From NCBI GenBank assembly GCA_965209155.1, contig OZ242383.1:2656001-2720000 (forward strand): a stretch of 64,000 bases of DNA, written 5' to 3'. Both the position numbers and the translations under genes were made by a program. Positions 50,531-60,701 of this stretch are shown piece by piece. Under the pieces are notes generated by a model. The model had not been told where the DNA came from and did no database searches. It saw only the letters and a program-made list of their open reading frames with translations. The DNA is from a bacterium. Lineage in GTDB: Bacteria > SAR324 > NAC60-12. Position 1 is the stretch's first letter. Each line of letters opens with the position of its first letter.

Positions 50531-50717
50531 ATGCGAATCGGGAGTTGAAAATTAATTTATAAAATCGATAATTTAATAATTACGATGTGTCATGCCGGTC
50601 CCGGATCATCCTGGTCCCGGATCAAGTCCGGGATGATCCGGCATCCAAAATATCGCCCGTATCCCCCTGGATGCCTGGTCAAGCCAGGAATGACGAGTTT
50701 TTTAACTCCTGATTCAC
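50531..50717 (+). mobile_element. MITE-like repeat, copy 1
   Basis: Terminal IR GAATCRGGAGTT..AACTCCTGATTC; near-identical to 57109-57294 and 60243-60414. Confidence 0.8.
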
Positions 50718-50985
50718 GTATAAAGTATGTTTGTTGACCTGATTTTTCATTATTCGAATGCTTCCATTGCTATTCATCAATTGTGGGCAATGGATCACAT
50801 TAATGAGAAACTATCAGATTAGCGATTAAAATTCTATTAGTATTTCCAGATAAAATTTAAAATAGAAAAAGGTTGCCAACCTTGCAAAATTAGTCTATTC
50901 CTTGATCGTGAGAAATTGTTTTGAAGTATCTGAATAACCCTCGTGATGGACCAGATTTTATCATCTTTCTTCTCAGGAGAATTCC

Positions 50986-51822
50986 ATGAAGTTTGGTATT
51001 TGTATGTTTCCAACCGATTATGCCATCCATCCGGTTGAATTGGGCAAGGCGGCCGAAACTCTTGGGTTCGAGTCGATTTTTTTCCCGGAGCACACCCATA
51101 TTCCAACCAGTCGTCTCAGTCCCTGGCCTGGAGGCGCTGAACTTCCCCGGGAATACTTTCACTGCCACGATCCTTTTGTGGCATTGGGGGCGGTGGCGGG
51201 AGCCACCGAAAAAATAAAACTGGGAACCGGAATTTGCCTGGTGATTGAACGGGATCCCATCGTCCTGGCAAAGGAAGTCGCCAGTCTTGATTTTCTCTCC
51301 AAAGGGCGTTTGCTTTTTGGCATCGGAGGGGGATGGAATCTCGAAGAGATGGAAAATCATGGCACCGATCCAAACCGACGTTGGAAAGTGTTACGAGAAC
51401 GGATTGAGTCCATGAAGGAAATTTGGACCCGGGACGAAGCCGAATATCACGGCGAGTTTGTCAATTTCGATCCCATCTGGTCTTGGCCGAAGCCTGCGCA
51501 AAAACCGCATCCTCCCATAATAGTGGGCGGTAACGGTGCCAATACGCTGAATCGGGTCTTGCGATATGGAGATGAATGGATGCCCATCGGGCGTAGTGAG
51601 GATCTCAAGGAACGCATCGAGGAATTGAACCGATTGACTGAAGAAGCGGGTCGGGAGCCGGTCCCGGTGACGATATTCGGCATTCCGGCAAAATCTGAAG
51701 TAGTGGAAAAATACATCTCAATCGGAGTGAATCGCCTCCTTTTCGCCTTACCTCCTGAACCGGCAGATTCGACGCTTCCTTTGTTGCAGCGCTGCGCGGA
51801 GATTGCCAGAAACTATTCCTGA
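50986..51822 (+). CDS. LLM-class F420-dependent oxidoreductase (Rv2161c-like)
   Basis: GFESIFFPEHTHIP, DPFVAL, RDPIVLAKEVASLD, GIGGGWNLEEM, WPKPAQKP. Confidence 0.9.
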   Translation: MKFGICMFPTDYAIHPVELGKAAETLGFESIFFPEHTHIPTSRLSPWPGGAELPREYFHCHDPFVALGAVAGATEKIKLGTGICLVIERDPIVLAKEVASLDFLSKGRLLFGIGGGWNLEEMENHGTDPNRRWKVLRERIESMKEIWTRDEAEYHGEFVNFDPIWSWPKPAQKPHPPIIVGGNGANTLNRVLRYGDEWMPIGRSEDLKERIEELNRLTEEAGREPVPVTIFGIPAKSEVVEKYISIGVNRLLFALPPEPADSTLPLLQRCAEIARNYS

Positions 51823-51903
51823 CGAATCGGCCATTAATCTGAATAAAATTTTGCAAGGATCATTAGGGACTTTCGGAAAGTTGTTCGAAAAAATATAGAA
51901 TTT

Positions 51904-52623
51904 TTATGCTTCCATTGTCAAGGGTCTGTTGATTTCAATGAGGGCCTGGTCCTGGCAAATTTCAATACGGGTTTGGTGGATTTGGATTTCCACTCCTCGC
52001 TCCAGCGCATCCTGCAAGGCATTTGCATAGAGCGGATCGATGTGTTCTGCGACTTGAAAGGAATGGCAATCGGTGCGATTGACTAAAAAGAATATCACGG
52101 CTCGGTGTCCTTTGCCGGCTTCATAACTCAATTCAGACAAGTGTTTTCGTCCCCGCTCCGTGACGGCATCGGGGAATTGAGCGATCCCTGGGTGCGTTTC
52201 CTCGGCAAGGGTTGTATTTTTGATTTCAATAAACGTCGATTGTCCTGCTTTCTCCAGGTAAAGATCCACCCTGGAATTTTCTTGACCGAAAGAGACTTCT
52301 TTTTTCAGGGAATCCGCATGGCGGAAGGCAGGTAATTTTTCATTTTTTATCGCCTCGAATACGATTTGGTTGGGAATCAGCGTGTTGACGCAGACCAAAG
52401 CTCCCGTGGGCATTTGCATTAAGTGCAGCGTATATTTGAGCTTTCGTTTGGGATCACCATGGTATTGCATCCAAACCGGACAACCCGATTGCAGCAAAGA
52501 TTTCATACTGCCGGTGTTGTTGCAATGGGCAGTCACGACTTTTCCCTCAGCCAACTCCACGTCGACGAAGAAGCGTTTGTATCGTCTCAGAAAACGTCCT
52601 TGAACCAAATCAGCCAGCATCAT
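51904..52623 (-). CDS. sfsA: DNA/RNA nuclease SfsA
   Basis: RRYKRFFVDV, AHCNNTGSM, SRVD, IEIKN, FPDAVTERGRKHL. Confidence 0.93.
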   Translation of the reverse strand: MMLADLVQGRFLRRYKRFFVDVELAEGKVVTAHCNNTGSMKSLLQSGCPVWMQYHGDPKRKLKYTLHLMQMPTGALVCVNTLIPNQIVFEAIKNEKLPAFRHADSLKKEVSFGQENSRVDLYLEKAGQSTFIEIKNTTLAEETHPGIAQFPDAVTERGRKHLSELSYEAGKGHRAVIFFLVNRTDCHSFQVAEHIDPLYANALQDALERGVEIQIHQTRIEICQDQALIEINRPLTMEA

Positions 52624-52639
52624 GGGTCAGCCGCTCCAA

Positions 52640-53050
52640 TCAGGGATTTTGAAGAGAAGGATTGTCAGGCAGGAAATAAATCACTTCGTCTTTTCGTATC
52701 AATCCCAATTCCTTACGGGCCAAGGCTTCAATATAATCAAGATTGTTTTGCAGGGCATCGATTTCCCGGAGAAGTTTTTGCTCTTTCCGATTGAGGGTCT
52801 CGATCCTCTCGATGAGATGCTGCTCATTCTGCTTCAAATCCTGAAACGCCAATACCCCATATTCTCCTAAAAGCGCAATCAAAATAATGAATGATCCCGA
52901 CAACAGAAAAAGAACCAGGGTCAATCCAAGCCATTTGTCGGAGTCCGATGATTTTTCCTGAATATTATTGGTCAGTGCAGCAGGGTCTTTGAATTGACGG
53001 GAAAAAAGGATTGGGTTTTTATTTCGTTTTTGATAATTGCGCTTCGCCAT
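52640..53050 (-). CDS. Septum formation initiator (FtsB/DivIC family)
   Basis: TM, GEYG, coiled coil, YIEALARKELGLIRKDEVIY; start uncertain. Confidence 0.8.
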   Translation of the reverse strand: MAKRNYQKRNKNPILFSRQFKDPAALTNNIQEKSSDSDKWLGLTLVLFLLSGSFIILIALLGEYGVLAFQDLKQNEQHLIERIETLNRKEQKLLREIDALQNNLDYIEALARKELGLIRKDEVIYFLPDNPSLQNP

Positions 53051-53233
53051 GGAATGTTTTTGAACGATTATCGAGTGTAGCAAATGCTGCGTATGTTTAC
53101 GCATCTATCGACTGGACAGGTAACGCAATGTGAGCTAATTTTAACACGAACTGAAACTTAAAATACAGCATCTTCTTCAAATGCGGCTCGCGACCGGGGA
53201 TGTTGTCGTTCCTTTCCTTGCTGAGACAATACG

Positions 53234-54202
53234 GTGGTCTGGTCCAAAATTAAAAGTCCTGTCGTCTGTTTGGCCCCCATGGATGGGATTACCAACACGG
53301 CATACCGTCAAATTGTACGTAAAATCAACAGGCATGTGCTCCTCTTCAGTGAATTCACCAATGTGGATGGCTTGATCCGCAGTGAATTCGTCCGCCGCCG
53401 TCTCGATTATCATCCTGCGGAGCAACCATTTTTCGTGCAGCTATTTGGCAATAACCCGCAATCTTTTGCGGAAGCGTCCCGCATAGTGGAAGATCGCGGA
53501 GTGTTGGGAATCGACATCAATATGGGATGCCCTTCCAAACGCATTGTTCATTCTCAACACGGTAGCGCATTGATGAAGGACGTGAACACGGCTTGCCGAC
53601 TGATCGAAGCTATTCGCAGCGCCTGCTCACTGGAAGTTTCCGTCAAAACTCGTCTTGGATGGGAAAATGCCGACAACTTGATTGCTTTTGGCAAGCAATT
53701 GGAAAGGGCTGGGGTTTCCCTGCTCACCATCCATGGTCGCACTTATCGACAGGCATTCAAAGGAGCGGCAAACTGGGATCCTATTTATCAGCTCAAGAAG
53801 CATTTGGAAATCCCCGTTCTGGGAAATGGCGATGTGCGGGATTATCAGGACGGTCTCAATCGCATGAAGAACCTGGATGGCTTTATGATCGGACGACACG
53901 CCATTGGCAATCCCTGGGTGTTTCAGGACCGTCGAAAAAATCCGCAACCCTGTTTGTCCAGTCGAATTTCAGTGGCACTCGAACACTATTTCTTGCTGAG
54001 AAAAATCAAAGCGGAACCCATTGCGCTTAAGGAATTTCGGAAATACCTGGGAGAATACGTGCAGGGATTTTACCAGGCAAAGGAATATCGGCAGACTTTG
54101 ATGCGAGTGCGGGATGAAGGTCAATTCGTTCGCCTCATGGAAAGGCTGAAATGGAAGAATCGGGATCATGCATTGCGACAAGATAAGTTGAAATGCCTTT
54201 AA
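53234..54202 (+). CDS. tRNA-dihydrouridine synthase (DusB-like)
   Basis: LAPMDGIT, VQLFG, IDINMGCP, SVKTRLGW, IHGRT, GNGD, MIGR. Confidence 0.92.
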   Translation: MVWSKIKSPVVCLAPMDGITNTAYRQIVRKINRHVLLFSEFTNVDGLIRSEFVRRRLDYHPAEQPFFVQLFGNNPQSFAEASRIVEDRGVLGIDINMGCPSKRIVHSQHGSALMKDVNTACRLIEAIRSACSLEVSVKTRLGWENADNLIAFGKQLERAGVSLLTIHGRTYRQAFKGAANWDPIYQLKKHLEIPVLGNGDVRDYQDGLNRMKNLDGFMIGRHAIGNPWVFQDRRKNPQPCLSSRISVALEHYFLLRKIKAEPIALKEFRKYLGEYVQGFYQAKEYRQTLMRVRDEGQFVRLMERLKWKNRDHALRQDKLKCL

Positions 54203-54398
54203 AAAATAGTGGATGCTTATCAGTTTATTGCCATTGCCTGGCGCATTAAGAGTCGCTCCTTTGTCATCTTCTGTAAAATTTTTCAGTGCCCAGGACGAAT
54301 CGATTGCTCGCAATATCCCCTCCTCTCTCATTCCAATGCTCTGATATTCTTCTTTTTTTTTGAAATCTAAAAAAAAATGAACTTTTTTGAAAAAATTG

Positions 54399-54436
54399 TT
54401 GACTAATTGTTAGCACTCACTTATAATGAGTGCTAA
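54399..54436 (+). promoter_or_regulatory. Sigma70 promoter overlapped by a perfect CIRCE (HrcA operator)
   Basis: TTGACT(54399)-17 nt-TATAAT(54422); TTAGCACTC-N9-GAGTGCTAA at 54410-54436. Confidence 0.95.
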
Positions 54437-54479
54437 CAATTTAATTCATAATAATTTAATTTTTAGAAGAGGAGGCCCT

Positions 54480-54899
54480 ATGTGGTTAGTTCCGAGTCAG
54501 AGTAGGAGAGTGGTTCCGAGTTTTCATTCAGTACTGGATGAATTTTTCAGGGGTGTTACGCCAACGGGGGGGTATTTTTCTCCCAATTTGGATATCAAGG
54601 AAGAGGAGAGCGCTTTTCGTGTTTCGCTCGAAGTGCCTGGCATTGCCAAAGAGGACGTCGAGATTTCCTTGAAAGACCATAATTTGGTCATTAAGGGAGA
54701 GAAGAAGCAGGAAGCGAAAGAAGACAAGGATGGTTATTCCTGGGTTGAGCGTTCTTATGGTTCTTTTCAGCGTACGATTCGTGTACCTGAAAATACCAAA
54801 AGTGATCAAGTGGAAGCCCGAATGGATAATGGCATTCTGGAAATCACGCTTCCCAAGTCCGAGCAACGAGAAGATCGGAAGCAAATCGCGATCAACTGA
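54480..54899 (+). CDS. Small heat shock protein (Hsp20/alpha-crystallin)
   Basis: LEVPGI, IKGEK, ERSYGSFQR, NGILEITLPK; AGGAGG RBS. Confidence 0.93.
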   Translation: MWLVPSQSRRVVPSFHSVLDEFFRGVTPTGGYFSPNLDIKEEESAFRVSLEVPGIAKEDVEISLKDHNLVIKGEKKQEAKEDKDGYSWVERSYGSFQRTIRVPENTKSDQVEARMDNGILEITLPKSEQREDRKQIAIN

Positions 54900-54927
54900 T
54901 ACCTCGATCAATTCACTCTTCATTAAC

Positions 54928-54962
54928 AAGCCGGTGGGTCAGAAGCCTCATCGGCTTTTTTT
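54928..54962 (+). terminator. Rho-independent terminator after hsp20
   Basis: AAGCCGGTG..CATCGGCTT stem followed by a T-run. Confidence 0.75.
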
Positions 54963-54976
54963 GTGGTAAGAAGACT

Positions 54977-55849
54977 TTATTTTTCGAGCACTTCCAGCAT
55001 TTTTTCTCCAATGGAGTCCGGGTTGCGCACAACATGGATTCCCGCTTCGCTGAGAGCCTTCATTTTTTCGGCGGCCGTCCCTTTTCCCCTGGAAATGATG
55101 GCACCGGCATGTCCCATACGACGCCCTGGAGGAGCCGTTTGACCCGCAATGAAGCTGACAATCGGTTTGGAAACCCGTTCTTTTGCAAAAGCGGCTGCTT
55201 GTTCTTCGGCGTTGCCACCAATTTCACCAATCATGACAATCGCTTCGGTTTGCGCATCATCCTGAAACCACTGGAGGCAATCGACGAAATTGGTGCCATG
55301 GATGGGATCACCACCAATTCCGATGCAAGTGCTTTGCCCCAAACCCACCTGCGTCAATTGGTCAACGGCTTCGTAAGTCAATGTACCGGAACGGGAAACC
55401 ACGCCAATGGAACCGGGTTTGTGGATATAAGCGGGCATGATGCCGATTTTGCACTGTCCGGGGGCGATGATTCCCGGACAATTGGGACCGATCAAGCGCG
55501 AACCCTGGTTACGGACGTAACGCGCTGCAGTGAGCATATCAATTACCGGGATCCCTTCCGTGATAGCCACTATCAGTTTCACTCCGGCAGCGGCGGCTTC
55601 GATGATTGCATCCGCAGCGAAAGGAGGGGGAACGAGAATCATGGAAGCATTGGCGGGAGTCGCCTGCATTGCCTCTTGTACGGAATCGAAAACGGGGATG
55701 CCTTCAATATCCTGCCCACCTTTTCCAGGCGTAACCCCCGCGACAACCTGCGTGCCATAGTCACGACATCCTTTCGTGTGCAGGGTCCCTTGAGATCCGG
55801 TAATTCCCTGGACCAGCAGTTTGGTTTTTTGATCGATTAAAACAGACAT
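54977..55849 (-). CDS. sucD: Succinyl-CoA synthetase alpha subunit
   Basis: [36 protein letters not shown]. Confidence 0.97.
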   Translation of the reverse strand: MSVLIDQKTKLLVQGITGSQGTLHTKGCRDYGTQVVAGVTPGKGGQDIEGIPVFDSVQEAMQATPANASMILVPPPFAADAIIEAAAAGVKLIVAITEGIPVIDMLTAARYVRNQGSRLIGPNCPGIIAPGQCKIGIMPAYIHKPGSIGVVSRSGTLTYEAVDQLTQVGLGQSTCIGIGGDPIHGTNFVDCLQWFQDDAQTEAIVMIGEIGGNAEEQAAAFAKERVSKPIVSFIAGQTAPPGRRMGHAGAIISRGKGTAAEKMKALSEAGIHVVRNPDSIGEKMLEVLEK

Positions 55850-55913
55850 AAGCCTTCTGTTTCAAATGGAATTGATAAATACAATGCTTCCTGAAAATGG
55901 CTGAGCTCTCGAA

Positions 55914-57089
55914 TTAATGGGCGGCTGCAACGGCCGCTTCCGCAGCCTTGCGGAGTCCTTGCGCCATTTGCAACTTGTTACCAAAATCGGATTGCGAAAT
56001 AATTTTCGCGGCTTGATCGGCATTGTTACCCGCCAGCCGGACTACCACGGGAACTTGCGGATTTACTTCCCTGAACGCCGCCACGATGCCCTCCGCCACG
56101 ACGTCACAACGAACGATGCCGCCGAAGATATTCACCAGAATACACTTTACATCGGGATCGGCAGTGATGATTTTAAAAGCCGCGGCCACTCTTTGTTCGG
56201 TTGCGGCGCCACCCACATCGAGAAAATTAGCCGGCTCCCCTCCAAAATTTTTAATTATGTCCATCGTGCCCATGGCCAAACCGGCCCCATTGACGATGCA
56301 CCCGATATTCCCCTCGAGTTTGACGTAGCTGAGATCGGCCTGGCCGGCTTCCAATTCGCTGGGTTCTTCCTCATCGAGGTCCCGCAATTCCACAATATTT
56401 TTATGTCGGTATAAAGCATTGTCGTCAAAAGTCACTTTGGCATCGAGAACCATCACCCTGCCGTCGCCGGTCAATACCAGGGGATTGATTTCCAGGAGCG
56501 AACAATCTTCATGGATAAATGCATGGTAGAGAGATGTCATTAAAGATGCCGTGGGACGGATTAATTCAGGGTCGATTTCGTCGACCTGCAAATCGAAGGC
56601 AATCCGCGTTGCTTGAAACGGGCGCAGTCCGAGGGTGGGGTCCACGATTACCTTTTTGATTTTCTCTGGGGTGTTAGCCGCCACTTCCTCGATATCCATC
56701 CCTCCTTCCGTGGAGGTTAAAAAAATCGCTGATTGAGAAGTACGATCAACCAGGACAGAACAATAAAGTTCTTTTTTGATATCCACGCATTCTTCAATGA
56801 GGATTTGTTTAACTTTCCGACCCTGCGGACTGGTTTGACTGGTAACCAGTCGCATTCCCAGGATAGCATTCGCATTTTTTTTTACTTCATCCAGTCCTCT
56901 GGAAACTTCCACTCCCCCGACTTTTCCTCGACCTCCGGCATGGATCTGAGCTTTGACGACGCAAACTTCTCCTGCAAGCGATTTTGCGATTCGCAGCGCT
57001 TGTTCCGGAGTTTCAGCCACGTCGCCTTGTGGAACGGTTACTCCATATCCGGCAAGCATGCGTTTGGCCTGGAATTCGTGAATTTTCAC
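55914..57089 (-). CDS. sucC: Succinyl-CoA synthetase beta subunit
   Basis: IHEFQAK, KAQIHAGGRGK, EINPL, NGAGLAM, NIFGGIVRCD; GTG start after GAGG. Confidence 0.97.
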   Translation of the reverse strand: MKIHEFQAKRMLAGYGVTVPQGDVAETPEQALRIAKSLAGEVCVVKAQIHAGGRGKVGGVEVSRGLDEVKKNANAILGMRLVTSQTSPQGRKVKQILIEECVDIKKELYCSVLVDRTSQSAIFLTSTEGGMDIEEVAANTPEKIKKVIVDPTLGLRPFQATRIAFDLQVDEIDPELIRPTASLMTSLYHAFIHEDCSLLEINPLVLTGDGRVMVLDAKVTFDDNALYRHKNIVELRDLDEEEPSELEAGQADLSYVKLEGNIGCIVNGAGLAMGTMDIIKNFGGEPANFLDVGGAATEQRVAAAFKIITADPDVKCILVNIFGGIVRCDVVAEGIVAAFREVNPQVPVVVRLAGNNADQAAKIISQSDFGNKLQMAQGLRKAAEAAVAAAH

Positions 57090-57108
57090 TAAATTTTCCT
57101 CTTTTGAA

Positions 57109-57294
57109 ATGCGAATCAGGAGTTGAAATTTGATTTATAAAATCAATAATTTAATATTTATGAGGTGTCTTGTCGGTTCCGGATCATCCTGGTCCCGGAT
57201 CAAGTCCGGGATGATCCGGCATCCAATATATCGCCCGTATCCCCCTGGATTCCTGGTCAAGCCAGGAATGACACGTTTTTTAAATCCTGATTCA
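57109..57294 (+). mobile_element. MITE-like repeat, copy 2 (fills the mdh-sucC spacer)
   Basis: Near-identical to copy 1. Confidence 0.8.
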
Positions 57295-57300
57295 AGTTTT

Positions 57301-58278
57301 TTAAAGCATGTTTTTAACTGTTTCGTATTCTTCCTCGAGCTCCTTGAGGGTCGTCCTGATTTTTTCTCGAGCGAATTCATTCCATTCAATGCCAGGTACG
57401 ATTTCATAGCGTGAACCGTTGCTACTCAAGGGAAATCCGAACACTAATCCTTGAGGAACTCCATAGTTGCCTTCACTGGGCACGGCAGCGCTGAACCAGT
57501 CTCCCGCAGCAGTGGGTTGGGTCAGATTTTGGATAGTATCAACGACAGCATTAGCAGCCGACGCGGCGGAAGAAGCTCCCCGGGCTTCAATCACGACAGC
57601 CCCTCGTTTTTGTACCGTGGAAATGAAATCGTTTTGCAACCAGTTTAAATCTGGAATCACTTCCATAACCGCTTTTCCTGCAATTTTCGCATTGTAGAAA
57701 TCCGGATATTGAGTGGCGCTATGGTTCCCCCAAATGGTAAGGTTACTCACTTCCCGCACCGGGTATCCTGATTTTTGAGCCAACTGAAATCTGGCACGGT
57801 TGGCATCGAGCGCGGTCATCGCAAACCATCGTTCTCGAGGAATGTCTTTGGCATTGTTCATGGCAATCAGACAATTGGTGTTGCAAGGATTGCCCACAAC
57901 CAGGATGCGCACATCGGATGCTGCGCGATTCAATGCCGAACCTTGGTCCACAAAGATTCCGCCATTGGTTTTGATCAAATCTCCCCGCTCCATACCCGCT
58001 TTTCGCGGTGCAGCGCCAACAAGGAGGACCCAGTTGGCGCCTGAAAAACCTTGATTGGGGTCTGAGGTGATTGAAATTTTCCGCAATAGAGGAAAAGCGC
58101 AATCATTCAATTCCATTACCACTCCTTCCAAGGCGGGCAGTGCCGGTTCGATTTCGATCAATTGTAGTTCTACCTGTGTTCGTGAACCAAATGTTTCACC
58201 CGAAGCCAAACGAAACAAAAGTGAATAATCAATCTGTCCTGCCGCTCCGGTTACGGCAATTTTTATAGTTGCTGGCAT
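57301..58278 (-). CDS. mdh: Malate dehydrogenase (dimeric, cytosolic-like type)
   Basis: [47 protein letters not shown]. Confidence 0.95.
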   Translation of the reverse strand: MPATIKIAVTGAAGQIDYSLLFRLASGETFGSRTQVELQLIEIEPALPALEGVVMELNDCAFPLLRKISITSDPNQGFSGANWVLLVGAAPRKAGMERGDLIKTNGGIFVDQGSALNRAASDVRILVVGNPCNTNCLIAMNNAKDIPRERWFAMTALDANRARFQLAQKSGYPVREVSNLTIWGNHSATQYPDFYNAKIAGKAVMEVIPDLNWLQNDFISTVQKRGAVVIEARGASSAASAANAVVDTIQNLTQPTAAGDWFSAAVPSEGNYGVPQGLVFGFPLSSNGSRYEIVPGIEWNEFAREKIRTTLKELEEEYETVKNML

Positions 58279-58551
58279 TCCTTCCTTTTTGCTTGAATTG
58301 GATCAAGTGTATAAATTTTTATTTACCCATCGCGCTTGAGGGTCGTTGAAATCGTGCTAGGATGAGGCGCACGATTTTTACAGTGCATTGTTCCTCTCCG
58401 GCATGCTATATTTTGATCGGAGAGGAACTCCGTGCAATATAAAATCCAGACCAGTATGACAAATTTTTAATTCAATTGCGAGCTTCTTTGTTTCTGTCGA
58501 TCACAGGTTTCTTGGTCTTGTCTATTCATTCTCAACAATTTGAAAATATCC

Positions 58552-58935
58552 ATGGAAACAGCAACCACACGAGGAATTATCGTTTCTGTAGAATCCTTTT
58601 TTATCGAAGAGCATTCCCATCCCGACCAAAATCATTTTGTCTTTGCCTATCGGGTCCGTTTGAAAAATCAAAGTTCTCAAACCGTGCAATTGATCAGCCG
58701 TCATTGGATCATAACCGACAGTAATGGAGAAACTTCCGAAGTGAAAGGAGAAGGAGTGGTGGGTAAACAACCGGTCCTCGCTCCCGGAGAGGAACATGAA
58801 TACATGAGTGGTTCTCACTTGAAATCACCAATGGGTACCATGGAAGGGAGTTATCAAATGCAAATATTGGATGGGGGAATGTTTGATGCCGAGATACCCT
58901 GTTTCACACTCTCCGTGCCCGGCGTGATTAACTGA
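58552..58935 (+). CDS. apaG: ApaG protein
   Basis: FAYRVR, QLISRHWIITD, GEGVVGKQP, YMSG, GTMEGSY. Confidence 0.95.
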   Translation: METATTRGIIVSVESFFIEEHSHPDQNHFVFAYRVRLKNQSSQTVQLISRHWIITDSNGETSEVKGEGVVGKQPVLAPGEEHEYMSGSHLKSPMGTMEGSYQMQILDGGMFDAEIPCFTLSVPGVIN

Positions 58936-58937
58936 TA

Positions 58938-59486
58938 TTAAGACTGGGAAATAAGAGGATAGCGCATCTCCTCGGTGTGGATGGCTCTCTGCGAGCTAAG
59001 GACACTGGAATACAAAGAGAACTCTTCCACGTAAAAAGGATCGGTTTTGAACAAATTGTTGCGACTGAGAAAAGCACCGATCCTTTCTGCTGGAAGGTGG
59101 CGCAGTCGCGCCAAAGTGACGTGAGGATGAAATTTGCGCTTTTCCACAGTTAGGTTGAGTCGGTCCAAGCGGGTATCGATCTTTTTTTGAAGCTGAAATA
59201 GCGCTTCGTTTTTTTCCACGCCCACCCAAAGCACGCGAGGCTGTTTGCGGGGTGGAAAAAAGCCGATCCCTTTTAAAGAGAGAGGAAAGACTGGTTGTCG
59301 AATTTTGAATAATTCTTCTCGAATGTCATCACACTCGATGCCATCAACCTCACCTAAAAAACGTAGAGTCAGGTGAAATTGATCTTCGTTGATCCAGGAT
59401 GTATGGTCAAAGCTCCCATCTCGAAGATCGATCAATTGCTCTATCACCGGGTCAGGAAAATCGATGGCAACAAACAAACGTGGCAT
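58938..59486 (-). CDS. thpR: RNA 2',3'-cyclic phosphodiesterase
   Basis: RLFVAI; two HxT motifs (HLTLRFLG, FHPHVTLAR). Confidence 0.92.
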   Translation of the reverse strand: MPRLFVAIDFPDPVIEQLIDLRDGSFDHTSWINEDQFHLTLRFLGEVDGIECDDIREELFKIRQPVFPLSLKGIGFFPPRKQPRVLWVGVEKNEALFQLQKKIDTRLDRLNLTVEKRKFHPHVTLARLRHLPAERIGAFLSRNNLFKTDPFYVEEFSLYSSVLSSQRAIHTEEMRYPLISQS

Positions 59487-59570
59487 TTGGAATTCGAAAT
59501 ATGAGATTCATCATAGTATAATACATCAAGCTCTTACCTGAATTCGCCGATACCGGCAAACAAAAATTTT

Positions 59571-60130
59571 ATGAACTACCCCGCAGCAGAGCTACGGGGT
59601 ATCGGAACTCAGCACAACTCCAACTCTAATTGCTGATGATGGAGCTTTTGATACTCGTTTTCAGAACCTTGATTTTTTACATACTGGCGAATAGCATCTT
59701 CGCTTGCAGCATGTCGCCCAACAGTGCTGATGAAGTATCCCTTTGACCAGAATTCGCCGCCCCATAGCTGCTTTTTGATGGAGGGCACTCTTTTGAAAAT
59801 TTCTTTAGCTGTAATACTTTTGACTGTCTTTACAATCTTTGTTGGACTATATGAAGGGACTGATTGGATCAAGAAATGGACATGATCCCGATCTGTTCCT
59901 ATCTCAATAAATGCAATCTCGTAACGCTGAGCAATTTCCAAGCTAATCTCTTTTAGAGTCATATCCACCTCATCGGTGAACACTACTCGACGGTATTTAG
60001 CCGGACAAACCAAATGGTACAATAATACCGAAACGTTATGACTTTTGTGGATATATTCGCTCATGAGAGCGAAAATACACCACACGAAAAAGCGAAGCAA
60101 GCTTCGGGGAATTAGACCCGAAGAGATTAA
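59571..60130 (-). mobile_element. IS200/IS605-family element carrying tnpA only (ends approximate)
   Basis: Terminal hairpin TACCCCGCAGCAGAGCTACGGGGTA and CTTCGGGG..CCCGAAG hairpin flank tnpA. Confidence 0.75.
59609..60064 (-). CDS. tnpA: IS200-family Y1 (HUH) transposase
   Basis: YHLVCPAKYRR, DHVH, LWGGEFWSKGYFISTVG, IRQYVKNQ. Confidence 0.95.
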   Translation of the reverse strand: MSEYIHKSHNVSVLLYHLVCPAKYRRVVFTDEVDMTLKEISLEIAQRYEIAFIEIGTDRDHVHFLIQSVPSYSPTKIVKTVKSITAKEIFKRVPSIKKQLWGGEFWSKGYFISTVGRHAASEDAIRQYVKNQGSENEYQKLHHQQLELELC

Positions 60131-60242
60131 AAACTCTGGATCGCAAAGAGGTCATAACCGTTCTTTCCTGAAAGCAGGAACGCCCTCGAGCGGATTCCCA
60201 ACCCTGAACTTCTTCTCCTCCATTAATTTCCATCTCGAGAAA

Positions 60243-60414
60243 GTGAATCAGGAGTAAAAAAACGTGTCATTCCTGGCTTGACCAGGAATCCAGGGGGATC
60301 CGGGCGATATTTTGGATTCCGGATCATCCCGAACTTGATCCGGGACCAGGATGACACATCATATATTATTAAATTATCGATTTTATAAATTAAGTTTCAA
60401 CTCCTGATTCGCAT
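60243..60414 (-). mobile_element. MITE-like repeat, copy 3 (inverted, slightly shorter)
   Basis: Reverse complement of copies 1 and 2, with one internal segment missing. Confidence 0.8.
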
Positions 60415-60701
60415 ATCTCGAAAATGTATTTTCATTTTTTTTAAAAATTAGTATTGACAATCAAATTATTTTCGTATAGATTTATTTAATCTTTCGTACG
60501 TACTAATTAATTATAACCTCATATGCTAATAATCTATGGAAAGGAACGCACCGGCTTTCATGAAAATTCTTCCTCTGAGGTTCCGACAAGCGTGTCGGAA
60601 AAGGGCGTAAAGAATCATATTATGAATGAAAAAGATGTTTTCCAGAGCAACTTCCATAGTTGGTTGTCAGAAGTTTAAATTTTAATTATTTAAGGAGAAA
60701 A

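Noticed and set aside
59571..60130. TnpB/IscB RNA-guided nuclease associated with the IS200 element
   Set aside because: There is no room or ORF for it; the element carries tnpA only
60595..60635. Fur box upstream of the iron ABC operon
   Set aside because: Only a loose AT-rich resemblance; cannot be supported without a matrix scan
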